Shown here one piece after another: positions 7,788-17,054 of a DNA stretch of 51,747 bases. Source of the stretch: Myxococcales bacterium (GTDB lineage: Bacteria > Myxococcota_A > UBA9042); assembly GCA_947499075.1 (NCBI GenBank), contig CANMNA010000004.1:1-51747 (forward strand), written 5' to 3'. Numbering within the stretch: the stretch's first letter is position 1; each line of letters begins with the position of its first letter. The notes beneath the pieces were generated by a model. It worked only from the letters and a program-made list of their open reading frames with translations. It was not told where the DNA came from and did no database searches. Position numbers and translations under genes: made by a program.

Positions 7788-10439
7788 GTGACGACCACGG
7801 CCCAACCACCGCGACCGCTTGTTTGGCTCGGTGCCAGCGCGACCGGCGTGCTGACGTTTTTGGCCTTTCCGGGCTGGAACGTGCACTGGTTGATCTGGAT
7901 TTGTCTGGTGCCGTTGCTGCTCGTCGCGCGCAACGCCACACCGTGGCAAGGGTTTCGCATCGGTCTGCTTGCTGGCTTCGTCACCAACGCCGGCGGCTTC
8001 CACTGGATGACCTCGATGCTGGAGGAGTTCGGCCACTTGCCGATGGCGGCGTCGTGGTCGATCTTGTCTCTGCAAGCAGTGACCCAGGGCTTGACGATGG
8101 CGGTAGGGACGGCGGCATGGCGCTGGCTGGCCCGACGCGGGGCCCGCGACAGTTTGGCTGCGTTCGTCGGTCAGTGGCTTGGCGAAGCGACTGTTCCCAT
8201 GATTTTTCCTTGGTTTTTTGGCAATGCGGTGTCGCCGGAACTGCCGATGATCCAGATCGCTGAACTCGGCGGTGTGTCGCTGGTATCCGCTGTGGTGCTG
8301 CTGGTCAATGTTGCGATCTACCACGGGTTCAAGGGTGCGGTGGAACGCAAAGCCCCGCAGTGGTTGGCGCTGGTGGGCGTGGGCACGCTGGTGGCAGCTG
8401 TCTGGCTGTATGGCTCGTGGCGCATCCAAGCAGTGGACGCAGAGATGGCGGCGGCGCCCAAACTCAAGATTGGGCTGGTCGAAGGCAACGTCGGTATTTG
8501 GGAGAAGGAAGCCAAGTACCTCGATCCACAGTCGCGCATGCTGACCAAGCGGCACAACCTGCTCAAGCATCAGCGCATGTCGGCAGAGCTGGAGCGTCAC
8601 GGCGCCGAGCTGGTGCTGTGGCCGGAGAGCGCGTACATGCCGTACGGGCCGATGCCGGTAGCCCATGCCCTGCACCACTTCCTGTTCGTAGGTGCGGGCG
8701 GCGGGATCGGCGAAGTCCATTCGGACGGCGCCGCGCACATGCAGGCGCCAGACCGACTGGGGCTGCCGCGCGATCTGGGCATGCTGGCTGGCTTGTCTGC
8801 TGGCCGCGGTGACACTTGGCGCGCGATCGATTCTGGGCGGCGGGTGCTGACAGTTTCTCCGCAAGGCAGCCGGTCCGACGCCGTGCCCGAAGGCGAATGG
8901 GCCGTTGCGACATTGGCGTCGCCGCCAGATTACTATGGTGAGTTGGCCAAGGGCTGGGTCATTGGCCGCAGTGGCAAGGCGTGGCGTCTGGCTTGGCCAG
9001 CGCAGCCGTTGCCGGGCAAGGTCGGCGCGGAACCTGCCAAGTTGGAGCCATTGTCAGGGCTGCCTCCTGTGGGGCTCGATTTGACGAGCGCAGCCATCGA
9101 CGAAAGTGGCCAAGTCTTTGCCGTAGGCCGAAGAGGCGCCATCGTCGGCTGGGACGAGGCGGGGCTGCGCGCAGCTATTTCTCCAACCACCCAAGATCTT
9201 TGGGCGATCTCGGTTGATTTGCAAGCGCGCACGTTCGTGGTCGCAGGTAGTGCCGGCACGGTGCTGACGCACGCGGGCCCTGGCTGGCAGGCCCACACCG
9301 TAGGCGGCAGCGACTGGTACAGTGCATGGACCTGTCCAAGCGGCGCCAAGTGGGTCGGCGGCCAAGGTGGGCAATTGGCCGTCGACGTCGGCGACGGTCG
9401 GTTCCGCATGCAACCCAGCTTGGGGAGCGACATCGTCGCTGGCGCCTGTGATGAGAATAGCGACGTGGTCGCTGCCGGCAAGGGCGGCCAATTGTGGCTA
9501 GGTCGGGCCGGTGGCGCCTGGTCGGCCGTTGCGGGTGCGCCGCGCAGTGATGTCGCCGCGATCACGGCGCTGGTACCCCATCCATCGCTGGCGCTGCCGC
9601 GGACCGCCAAGCGCATCGCCCCGGCACGTACGCCGCTGCCCTTGCCCGCCACTGCGCCAGACGACGTGCTGGCCGATCAGGAGTCGCCAGAAGCCGATCG
9701 CTCGACGCCGCGGCGTGGCTTTGGCGTCCCGCTGCTGTTTGGTGCGTTATCGCACGGTGCGCCGCTGTCGGCTGGCGAGAGCGGCCGCTGTGAGGACTGC
9801 TACAACTCTGCAGTACTCTTGGACAAAGACGGCGCCATTCACGCACTGCACGACAAGGCGTTCCTGCTGGCGTTTGGCGAGTACATGCCGTTTGGCGAGA
9901 CCTTTCCGTGGCTGTACGACCTGTCGCCCGAGACCAGCCGGTTTCGGCAAGGCACGCGGACCGCGCCGATTGCCTATGCGTTTGATGCCCAGCGCCAGGC
10001 GCGCTTCGGCATGCTGATCTGCTACGAAGACTTGCTGCCGCGCCATGCCAAGAAGGTCGCCGCGCACAATCCAAACGTGCTGATCAACTTGACCAACGAT
10101 GCCTGGTTCGGTCAAACCGCTGAGCCTGAGCACCACCTCAACCTGGCGCTTTTGCGCAGCGTCGAGTACCGGCGCTGGCTGGTGCGCTCGACCAATACAG
10201 GGATCAGCGTGTTCATCGACGCCGTTGGGCGGCGGGTGGCGGAGACGCAACTCACCGGTGAGGAGACGTTGCTGCGCGCGGTGCCGCTGCTCGAGTCGCG
10301 CACGCCGTATGCGGTGCTGGGCGATTGGCCATTGGTTGGCCTAGCCGCGTTGCTGCTGTGGCTGGTGTGGGGACCCAAGCGTACTGCGCCGGCAGCCAGA
10401 GCGTCCAAGAAGCGCAAGTCGTCTCAGCCGGCTGCTTGA
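7788..10439 (+). CDS. lnt: Apolipoprotein N-acyltransferase with a large beta-propeller-like insertion
   Basis: N-terminal TM helices; nitrilase triad WPES / DKAFLLAFGEY / ICYED; NLTNDAWFG, RSTNTGIS; about 340 aa extra between WPES and PLLFGA. Confidence 0.9.
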   Translation: MTTTAQPPRPLVWLGASATGVLTFLAFPGWNVHWLIWICLVPLLLVARNATPWQGFRIGLLAGFVTNAGGFHWMTSMLEEFGHLPMAASWSILSLQAVTQGLTMAVGTAAWRWLARRGARDSLAAFVGQWLGEATVPMIFPWFFGNAVSPELPMIQIAELGGVSLVSAVVLLVNVAIYHGFKGAVERKAPQWLALVGVGTLVAAVWLYGSWRIQAVDAEMAAAPKLKIGLVEGNVGIWEKEAKYLDPQSRMLTKRHNLLKHQRMSAELERHGAELVLWPESAYMPYGPMPVAHALHHFLFVGAGGGIGEVHSDGAAHMQAPDRLGLPRDLGMLAGLSAGRGDTWRAIDSGRRVLTVSPQGSRSDAVPEGEWAVATLASPPDYYGELAKGWVIGRSGKAWRLAWPAQPLPGKVGAEPAKLEPLSGLPPVGLDLTSAAIDESGQVFAVGRRGAIVGWDEAGLRAAISPTTQDLWAISVDLQARTFVVAGSAGTVLTHAGPGWQAHTVGGSDWYSAWTCPSGAKWVGGQGGQLAVDVGDGRFRMQPSLGSDIVAGACDENSDVVAAGKGGQLWLGRAGGAWSAVAGAPRSDVAAITALVPHPSLALPRTAKRIAPARTPLPLPATAPDDVLADQESPEADRSTPRRGFGVPLLFGALSHGAPLSAGESGRCEDCYNSAVLLDKDGAIHALHDKAFLLAFGEYMPFGETFPWLYDLSPETSRFRQGTRTAPIAYAFDAQRQARFGMLICYEDLLPRHAKKVAAHNPNVLINLTNDAWFGQTAEPEHHLNLALLRSVEYRRWLVRSTNTGISVFIDAVGRRVAETQLTGEETLLRAVPLLESRTPYAVLGDWPLVGLAALLLWLVWGPKRTAPAARASKKRKSSQPAA

Positions 10440-10609
10440 TCGGGCAATGTCCGCCGCTTGGCGAGCTCTTGGGCGCGCAGGATCTGCTGGCGGCGCCGCT
10501 TGCCGTACCAGTTGCGCACCGACTGAAAAACCCGGATCGCGAACAGCAGCGTCGCAGCAATTGCCAGCACCTTGCCAATGCCGAACAGATCAGGTGGCGC
10601 GGGTGGCAT
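10424..10609 (-). CDS. Small single-TM protein (61 aa)
   Basis: MPPAPPDLFGIGKVLAIAATLLFAIRVF followed by a basic tail; GGAAG RBS; overlaps the end of the upstream amidotransferase gene. Confidence 0.45.
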   Translation of the reverse strand: MPPAPPDLFGIGKVLAIAATLLFAIRVFQSVRNWYGKRRRQQILRAQELAKRRTLPDQAAG

Positions 10610-11219
10610 CCAGACTTCCTTGGCTGGCGCACCAGCGCACAACGTTTCTGGCCAAAGGCAAACCAAGCGGCGTGCCGACCGACTCAGGATGAAACTGCAC
10701 GCCTTCGGCAAGCAGCCCGGGCGCATGTAGCCCCATGACGACAGCAGGGTCATCGGCAAGCCAGGCGTGGACCTCAGCGTGGCCGTCGAGCGCTGCCGTG
10801 TTGACCACCAGGCTGTGGTAGCGCATCGCGGTAAATGGTGACGGCAAGCCGCGCATGCATCCCGTCCCAGCATGGGCGATTGGCGCCACCTTGCCATGGA
10901 CCGGCGCACTCGCGCGCACAATGTGGCCACCGAGCACTTGCGCGATTGCTTGGTGACCCAAACAAACCCCAAATATCGGGACCTTGCCGAGCACCGCCCG
11001 AATCAACGGCATGCACACGCCCGCCTGATCTGGCGCGTTGGGTCCAGGAGAAATCACCACACCCGAATATTGGGCGTCAAGCAACTCCGGCACGGTCTTG
11101 TGGTCGTTGCGAACCACGTCGAGCGTCAGCGCCAGCCCTTCTGCCCAACCAGCTTGTACGAGCAAGTCGTGCAAGTTCCAAGTGAACGAATCGTAATTAT
11201 CCAGCAACAACAGGTGCAT
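10590..11219 (-). CDS. trpG: Anthranilate/aminodeoxychorismate synthase component II (glutamine amidotransferase, TrpG/PabA)
   Basis: LDNYDSFTWNL, ISPGP, GVCLGHQ, RYHSL, GVQFHPES. TrpG and PabA cannot be told apart by eye. Confidence 0.88.
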   Translation of the reverse strand: MHLLLLDNYDSFTWNLHDLLVQAGWAEGLALTLDVVRNDHKTVPELLDAQYSGVVISPGPNAPDQAGVCMPLIRAVLGKVPIFGVCLGHQAIAQVLGGHIVRASAPVHGKVAPIAHAGTGCMRGLPSPFTAMRYHSLVVNTAALDGHAEVHAWLADDPAVVMGLHAPGLLAEGVQFHPESVGTPLGLPLARNVVRWCASQGSLDATRAT

Positions 11220-11225
11220 ACTCAA

Positions 11226-13955
11226 CTACGGCACTGGGTAAATGCGCACAGTCTGCATCACCGTGAAAGTCTGGGCATCTGCTTGGGCCTTTTGTTCGGG
11301 CAGAAACTGGTTGCTCGCCGACGAACCGTTGGCGTTGACCAGCGCAACTAGAATCTGCAAATAGGCGCCTGTTGCTGGAATCCCCTGCGGATACAGGGTC
11401 TTCAGAGAGATGCTGGCCTCAATTGCATTGGCTGAACTGAGCACCGGTCCATTGAGCCACGCCAGATCAGTGGGCTTGGCCAAGCTACGCCAACCAGCAC
11501 TGAGTGATTTAGCCAAGTCGCTGCCGTCAAATGCCGCCATGCCGACAGATGCAAAGGCGAAATCTAGCCCTACCATCATGTTGCCAGCCTTGAGCACGCC
11601 GCTGATGGCGTCGTCGACAGCGCCGGTGTTGTCTTTCAAATCCAGCGGACTGTTGACGCCGGAGACGTTGCCGTAGTCCACATCAAGGTACGCCACGACG
11701 GCATTGACAGGTTCGCAAGTACCTTGAATCGCTAGATAAAGCTTGTCTTTGTCGTAGGCGACGAACAAGCTCTGCAGCTCATTCTTGCCAGGTCCCCACG
11801 CCGTGACCACGCTGTTGGTGGCAAGCTTGGTCGCCGCAGGCCACTTGGTGGCGAGCGCCCCATCGATGGCAATCGTGGCGATCGGCACCACGTCCAGCGC
11901 TTTGGGCAGCGTCAAGTCAACGCCCGCCGCGGTCTTGAGGGCAACGTCGACACTGCCCATGGGCAGCGCGGGCACCGTCACTTCGAGGCCACCCGCGACG
12001 ACTTTGACCGCCGTTGCGGCAATTTTCGCACCTGTAGCAGGCGCAAACACCACGCTGGCGTCGCCTTGCAGGTTGACACCGAACAGCTTGAGTGTGCCAC
12101 CGCTATAGGGCAGGAACACAGGGCTAATTGCGGTCAACGTCGACGGCAAGTCCTTGGGGTCGAGCACGGCAATGGGCGCTGTCAGGCTGTAAACCGTTGT
12201 AGCTTTCCAGTTGGCCCGCACCGCCGCCGCATAGTTGCCTTTGGGCTGCCCGGGCAGCTGGGCAATAAAGCGCTCGCCTCCGGCTGCGTCCTCCTCCAAG
12301 AAAGTCGCCTGTTTCCATGTGAATTTGTCGACGGCCTTCTCCGGATCGCTGCCCGCCGGACCGATGCCGCCAAAGACCATCAGATCAGGAGTGATGCCCG
12401 GCGCTGCCGTCACGCCCACGATCGTCACCAGCGCCGCCAAGGTAAACTCGGTGTCGACCGGCAGCTTGCTCTGGGGCGGCAGGCCCTGCAGCGCCACAGT
12501 GGGCTTTGGCGGCGGTTGGTAGCTAAAACCGTCCGCCAAGACGCCCTTGCCACCGTCGACATTCTCCACTTCTACGCTAACCAAACCCAGCGCATGGGCT
12601 GGTGTCTTGCAGGTCAGAAACTTGCCATCGCCGGCGACGTCGATCTCGCTTGCCGCCGCTTTGTCAAAGCGGACGATCGCCCCAGGTCCGAAATCGCTGC
12701 CCACGATGGTCACGCTGTCGCCGCCGTCGCTGCTGCCCTTGGACGGGGCGACGCTGGTCACGATGGGCTTGCTCTGCGGCACCACGCACTTGCCGGCTTC
12801 ACACAATTGCCCTTTGATACACGGCGGGTTGCACGGCGTCGCTGGCGTGACACACTTGCCGTCAGTGCAATTCTGGCCGACCTTGCACACGGGCGTGCAT
12901 CCACCGCCGCTGGCCGAGCCTGGGATTATCACGGCGGTATTCATGAATTTACCCTTGCTGTCTTTGGCCAAGACCACGGGCACGCTGACCCAGACGCCGC
13001 CGCTGCCGGTGTTGGTCCATGCCTGTATGCCATCTTTGAAGGCTTCGGTAGCGCCCTTGTACTCCAAGCCAGCATCGGGCAATTGGTCTCCTAGGGTCGC
13101 CACAAAAATGAACTGTGATTCGTCTGCGGGGTTCAAGCCGCCGTCGTGCTTGCCCAAATTGAGCTTGTGCTGGTAGGTCACGACGCCATCGCCAGCCTTG
13201 TCGTCGCCTTTGGCGCCGTCGTCCAAGAGCTGAATCGGCGTCCACATGTTCATCGAACCCTTGATAAACAGCGCGTAATCCTTGAGGTTCCACTTGGCAA
13301 ACTTGGTGTTGAGCTTGGCCATGTCGAGCGCCACCTTCAGGTCGAGCGCCCCGTGCTTGGCCAACTTGATACCCGGAAACGCAACGACGCCGGTTTGGCC
13401 CTGCTTGACGGCGATCTGCCCGTTGGCGCCGATCCACATCCAATTGCCGAGCTCGTTGAGCGCGCCGTATTCGAACGTCGCGTCTGCGGCTGCGACGAAT
13501 TGGACTTGGGTCGAGAAGATGTGGTCGCCCTTCGTCGCGCCCTCGTGCTCGTGGCCCTTGGCGCTGATGGGACCATCGTCGTACAGCGCCGGGTAGGGGC
13601 CATCGGTAGGCAGCCAACTGGTTGCGTACACAACGGTATTGGTCTTGCTGTCCCACGCGAATGAGCCAGTCCAGACGATCTCACCGTCGGCAAAGGTCTT
13701 GTTGGCGCTGTCGTCGACCTCAAAAGCCAAGGTCACGGTGGCGCCGCCTACAACCTTGCTGACTGTGCTATCGCCGCTGCTGTCTTTGGCTGTCGAGGTG
13801 CCGTCGCCCGCCTGCTTGGCATCAAATACCAAGGCGTCCTGACCGGTTGCGGGCGCAGCACCCACAGCACCCTGTCCAGGCGAGGCACACCCTAGAGCCA
13901 AGGCAACAACTGCCAGCAAGCAGGCCGACCGCCGTACATAGCGTGCGATTTTCAT
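11226..13955 (-). CDS. Large surface lipoprotein: two LxDDG (choice-of-anchor-X-like) modules, Cys-rich linker, IPT/TIG domains, C-terminal DOMON/CBM9-like domain
   Basis: Lipobox ALGC; LYDDG..GDHIFS and LLDDG..GDGV; VTSVAPSKG..GG..VTIVGSDF (IPT); IDG..W..L.VAYDKDKLYL..YLDVD..IEASI (DOMON-like). Confidence 0.7.
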   Translation of the reverse strand: MKIARYVRRSACLLAVVALALGCASPGQGAVGAAPATGQDALVFDAKQAGDGTSTAKDSSGDSTVSKVVGGATVTLAFEVDDSANKTFADGEIVWTGSFAWDSKTNTVVYATSWLPTDGPYPALYDDGPISAKGHEHEGATKGDHIFSTQVQFVAAADATFEYGALNELGNWMWIGANGQIAVKQGQTGVVAFPGIKLAKHGALDLKVALDMAKLNTKFAKWNLKDYALFIKGSMNMWTPIQLLDDGAKGDDKAGDGVVTYQHKLNLGKHDGGLNPADESQFIFVATLGDQLPDAGLEYKGATEAFKDGIQAWTNTGSGGVWVSVPVVLAKDSKGKFMNTAVIIPGSASGGGCTPVCKVGQNCTDGKCVTPATPCNPPCIKGQLCEAGKCVVPQSKPIVTSVAPSKGSSDGGDSVTIVGSDFGPGAIVRFDKAAASEIDVAGDGKFLTCKTPAHALGLVSVEVENVDGGKGVLADGFSYQPPPKPTVALQGLPPQSKLPVDTEFTLAALVTIVGVTAAPGITPDLMVFGGIGPAGSDPEKAVDKFTWKQATFLEEDAAGGERFIAQLPGQPKGNYAAAVRANWKATTVYSLTAPIAVLDPKDLPSTLTAISPVFLPYSGGTLKLFGVNLQGDASVVFAPATGAKIAATAVKVVAGGLEVTVPALPMGSVDVALKTAAGVDLTLPKALDVVPIATIAIDGALATKWPAATKLATNSVVTAWGPGKNELQSLFVAYDKDKLYLAIQGTCEPVNAVVAYLDVDYGNVSGVNSPLDLKDNTGAVDDAISGVLKAGNMMVGLDFAFASVGMAAFDGSDLAKSLSAGWRSLAKPTDLAWLNGPVLSSANAIEASISLKTLYPQGIPATGAYLQILVALVNANGSSASNQFLPEQKAQADAQTFTVMQTVRIYPVP

Positions 13956-14005
13956 GGATGTCTCTCGGCCGCGCGGCGAAATGTGGGCCGCGACAGGCGT
14001 TGGGC

Positions 14006-16771
14006 CTATTTCACGGTCACTTCGTCAAGCAAGATCACAGTGTCGTAGATCGAGTCGCCCTTATCGGTGGCGAAGAACGTCAGGTCGACTTTCTTCTCAG
14101 TGCCAGCCAAGGGCGTGATGTCCTGACACTGCTTCTGCCACGGTGTCATGAACACGCCGCCTTGATCGAAAATGGCGTCAGACGGCGACAGGCCTTTCCA
14201 GTCCTTGCCACACTTGCAGGTTGGTGAACCGGGCTCGCAAGGCGATTTACCTTCGCAGTCATAAGGGCACAGCGAGTCGATGTAAACGTTGGTCATGGTG
14301 ACCTGATTGGCGTCGGTCTTCAGCGTCGCCGTAAACGTGTCCATGAACTGCGAGCCGCACCACTCTTTGAACTCCTCGCTGTAGAATTTCCAGTAAAAGC
14401 ACAGCTCAGTTTGGGCTTTGTCGACACAGAACGGCTGGGTGAGCGAACCGTTTTGGGCCGTAAAGCCCAAGCCGGTGGAGATGATGCCCATGTACTTGCC
14501 GGCCACCGGAATCGTCACGCCCAAGCGAGAGACGACACGGCCGTCGCCGATCGGTTTCCATCCAGTCAAACTGCCACCATCCCACGATGGGTTGATGAGC
14601 GCTTGGCTCTTCAGGTTGGACTCGTCGATGCCAACGTGGCGCAAGCGTCCGCCGTACTTCGGGTCGCCGCTGCTGTTCGGCAAGGCTTGGATGGTGCTCT
14701 GGCCATTGACCAAGCCCTTGGTACCACCTTGGTCGGGCGCGCCGCTCAGGTAGGCCGCGCCTTGCTGGTAGGCATAATCCGAGTTGACGTAGTCTGAGAA
14801 GCCAACTACCGATGCCGCGCCGTTGCCCCAAAGCGTGACCGCCATCGAGCCGTTGTACATCGAGCGGCACGCGCCCAGATAGATGATCGATTGGGGAAAT
14901 GGGCTGACCAAGTGGTGCTTGAGGAACGACGGTACGAACCCATAGGTGGCATCACCGATGACTGCACGGCCAAGCATCAGGTCGGCCTGGGTGCTGTCAA
15001 CGCAGACGCCACCCGCAAGCGAGGTTTTCACGCACGTCTCGCCGGTCGGGCAGCCGGTGCCCTGCTGGTTGCAGCTGCCGTTAGACGACGAAAGTGCGTT
15101 GCAATTGACGGGTTCACCTGAAAAAATCACTTCCTGTGCGCCCTGGTGTTCCCAGTTCAAGTCCTTGTAGGCTGCCGCGTCCATGTTGCCGAACAGCACT
15201 TCGCCGTGGCCGCTGATGGCGACCATGCCGTAGTTCGCCATTTCGCGGTACCAGCGCAAGTAGGCTTGCGAACCGGTTGCAGCATCGACGACGTACGGTG
15301 GGCACTGCTTGCCCTTGAGGTCAGCGCCAAACTTGTCGGCTTCGTCGCCGCCGTACTTGGAGAATTCTGACTGAAACGGGGCCAATGCCAGTGCCCGGCG
15401 CGCGCCGACGCTGTAGCTCGGTAGGGCGGCGCCCGGACCAGGGCCGGCGTCACTGCCGGCCCGCAGGCCGTCGGGAGCAAGATTGAGCGCGCCCAACTGG
15501 CCGGTTTTGTAGCGCACCCAGACGCCGAAGCCGTTGCCGGATGCAGGACCGGCATCAGCAACCGTTGAGTCGCCCTTGAGCGCGGCAATGGCGTCGGCTT
15601 GTGCTTGCTTCCAGTCTGTGCCTTTTTCGACAGCGGCTTGGTACTCAGACTTGGTCTTAGACTGCAAGTTAACGATTTGATTGCACAATGCCTTGTCGAA
15701 CCGCGCAACCACGTCGACAACAGCGACGGCCGACCACGCTTCGTATTGCTTGATGCCGACGTCGACGTTGGCCTTGACCCGAAAGTACTTGGTCTTGGGG
15801 TCCTGTGGCGTCAGGTTCAAGCACTGAGAAAACACGGCGTCTTTCTGCACGTCGTCGCAGTTGCCACCCTGACCGCTGTCGACCAGGTTTTGGACGATGC
15901 CGCCAGCGACCGGTTTGCCGTTGCTGTCGACCTCAACCAACTGAATGGTCGTCGGGTTGATGACGCTCTTGCCGTCGCTGCCGGGCACAGCGCCGGCGGC
16001 CGAGAAGTGCACGACTAGCTTAGCATTCTCTTTGACGAACAACACGTTGGGGGTGATTTCGGGAGCACCCTCAAAGGAGAAAACCGGGTTGTAGGTGATG
16101 TGCACAGTATCGGTGACGATCTTGTCACCCTTCTTGGCGGTCACGGTGAGGTGGTTGTCGCCCTCGTCCAAAGTGATCACCGACGACTGCCAATTCTTCT
16201 TGGCGGTGATGGTGCCAGTTTTGCCGTTGGCGCTAGCCCACGAGATCTGGTCCGGATTGCCGAACGCGACGCCGGAGAGCTGGGTGTTGGCGCCGGCACT
16301 CTGAATCCACTCTCGGCCGGAAGGGCCGAGAATCTTGACCAACAATTCTTTGAAGTCGTCGCCAGCGGTCGCGGTGCCGTCGGGTTTGGCAAGCGTATCG
16401 CCACCGCTGGTGTCCTTGCCAGTGTCGGGTCCAGTGTCGATGAGGACGCCGTCTGGGCCGATTTGGACATCTTCGCCAGGGGTGTCGGTGCCGGTGTCAC
16501 CAACGGTGCCGTCAGGCGTAGCCGTTTCGCTGCCGGTGCCGCCCTTGTCATCGCCAACGCCGGTGTCGCCGTCGGTGCCGCCAACGGTCTCTGTCGTCAG
16601 GCTATCTGCGCTCACCACCTCGCCGCCGCCGCCGGTCGATGCGCTATCGTTGGTGCCTTTCACGCCATTGCCGGTGTCGTTGCTGCACGCGGCCGCATAC
16701 AGGCATGCGAGCGCGGCCCACGCCACGGTCCTGGCAGAGCGACCAATTGGCGAGCAATTTGAAAGATTCAT
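14006..16771 (-). CDS. Large surface lipoprotein with a Thr/Asp/Gly linker, Ig-like region, caspase/CHAT-like His-Cys domain and choice-of-anchor-L-like C-terminus
   Basis: Lipobox AAAC; ISGHG ... IYLGACRS ... GAASVVGF; C-terminal FYSEEF..GSQFMDTF and DKGDSIYDTVILLD. Confidence 0.65.
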   Translation of the reverse strand: MNLSNCSPIGRSARTVAWAALACLYAAACSNDTGNGVKGTNDSASTGGGGEVVSADSLTTETVGGTDGDTGVGDDKGGTGSETATPDGTVGDTGTDTPGEDVQIGPDGVLIDTGPDTGKDTSGGDTLAKPDGTATAGDDFKELLVKILGPSGREWIQSAGANTQLSGVAFGNPDQISWASANGKTGTITAKKNWQSSVITLDEGDNHLTVTAKKGDKIVTDTVHITYNPVFSFEGAPEITPNVLFVKENAKLVVHFSAAGAVPGSDGKSVINPTTIQLVEVDSNGKPVAGGIVQNLVDSGQGGNCDDVQKDAVFSQCLNLTPQDPKTKYFRVKANVDVGIKQYEAWSAVAVVDVVARFDKALCNQIVNLQSKTKSEYQAAVEKGTDWKQAQADAIAALKGDSTVADAGPASGNGFGVWVRYKTGQLGALNLAPDGLRAGSDAGPGPGAALPSYSVGARRALALAPFQSEFSKYGGDEADKFGADLKGKQCPPYVVDAATGSQAYLRWYREMANYGMVAISGHGEVLFGNMDAAAYKDLNWEHQGAQEVIFSGEPVNCNALSSSNGSCNQQGTGCPTGETCVKTSLAGGVCVDSTQADLMLGRAVIGDATYGFVPSFLKHHLVSPFPQSIIYLGACRSMYNGSMAVTLWGNGAASVVGFSDYVNSDYAYQQGAAYLSGAPDQGGTKGLVNGQSTIQALPNSSGDPKYGGRLRHVGIDESNLKSQALINPSWDGGSLTGWKPIGDGRVVSRLGVTIPVAGKYMGIISTGLGFTAQNGSLTQPFCVDKAQTELCFYWKFYSEEFKEWCGSQFMDTFTATLKTDANQVTMTNVYIDSLCPYDCEGKSPCEPGSPTCKCGKDWKGLSPSDAIFDQGGVFMTPWQKQCQDITPLAGTEKKVDLTFFATDKGDSIYDTVILLDEVTVK

Positions 16772-16870
16772 TGCGTTCTCCGAAGTGCGTGGCGAAGATC
16801 TGGGGCCAGAGCCCGGCGCGCGCAGATCGCTTTAGGGTACCCGTGAACACCGGTGTCCGCAAGCGCCTTT

Positions 16871-17018
16871 CCGCGGTCCCCCGCTTTGAGCGCATCTCTG
16901 CGTCACTGCGTCGCTTCTCTCGCTGCGGCGCACCTCAGTACGCCTCGCTCTTAGCTCCTTGCTCCTTGATCCGCATCTCAAATCGGGGACCGCGGGAGAT
17001 TTCTGTGGGGAGTTTGGG
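16871..17018 (+). repeat. Dispersed ~150-bp hairpin element, copy 2
   Basis: CCGCGGTCCCC...GGGGACCGCGG outer stem, TTTGAG/CTCAAA, and the conserved tail GAGATTTCTGTGGGGARTTTGGG. Confidence 0.95.
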
Positions 17019-17054
17019 CTTTTTGGTTCGCTGTTGCGTCCGCGCGCCAGCCAG

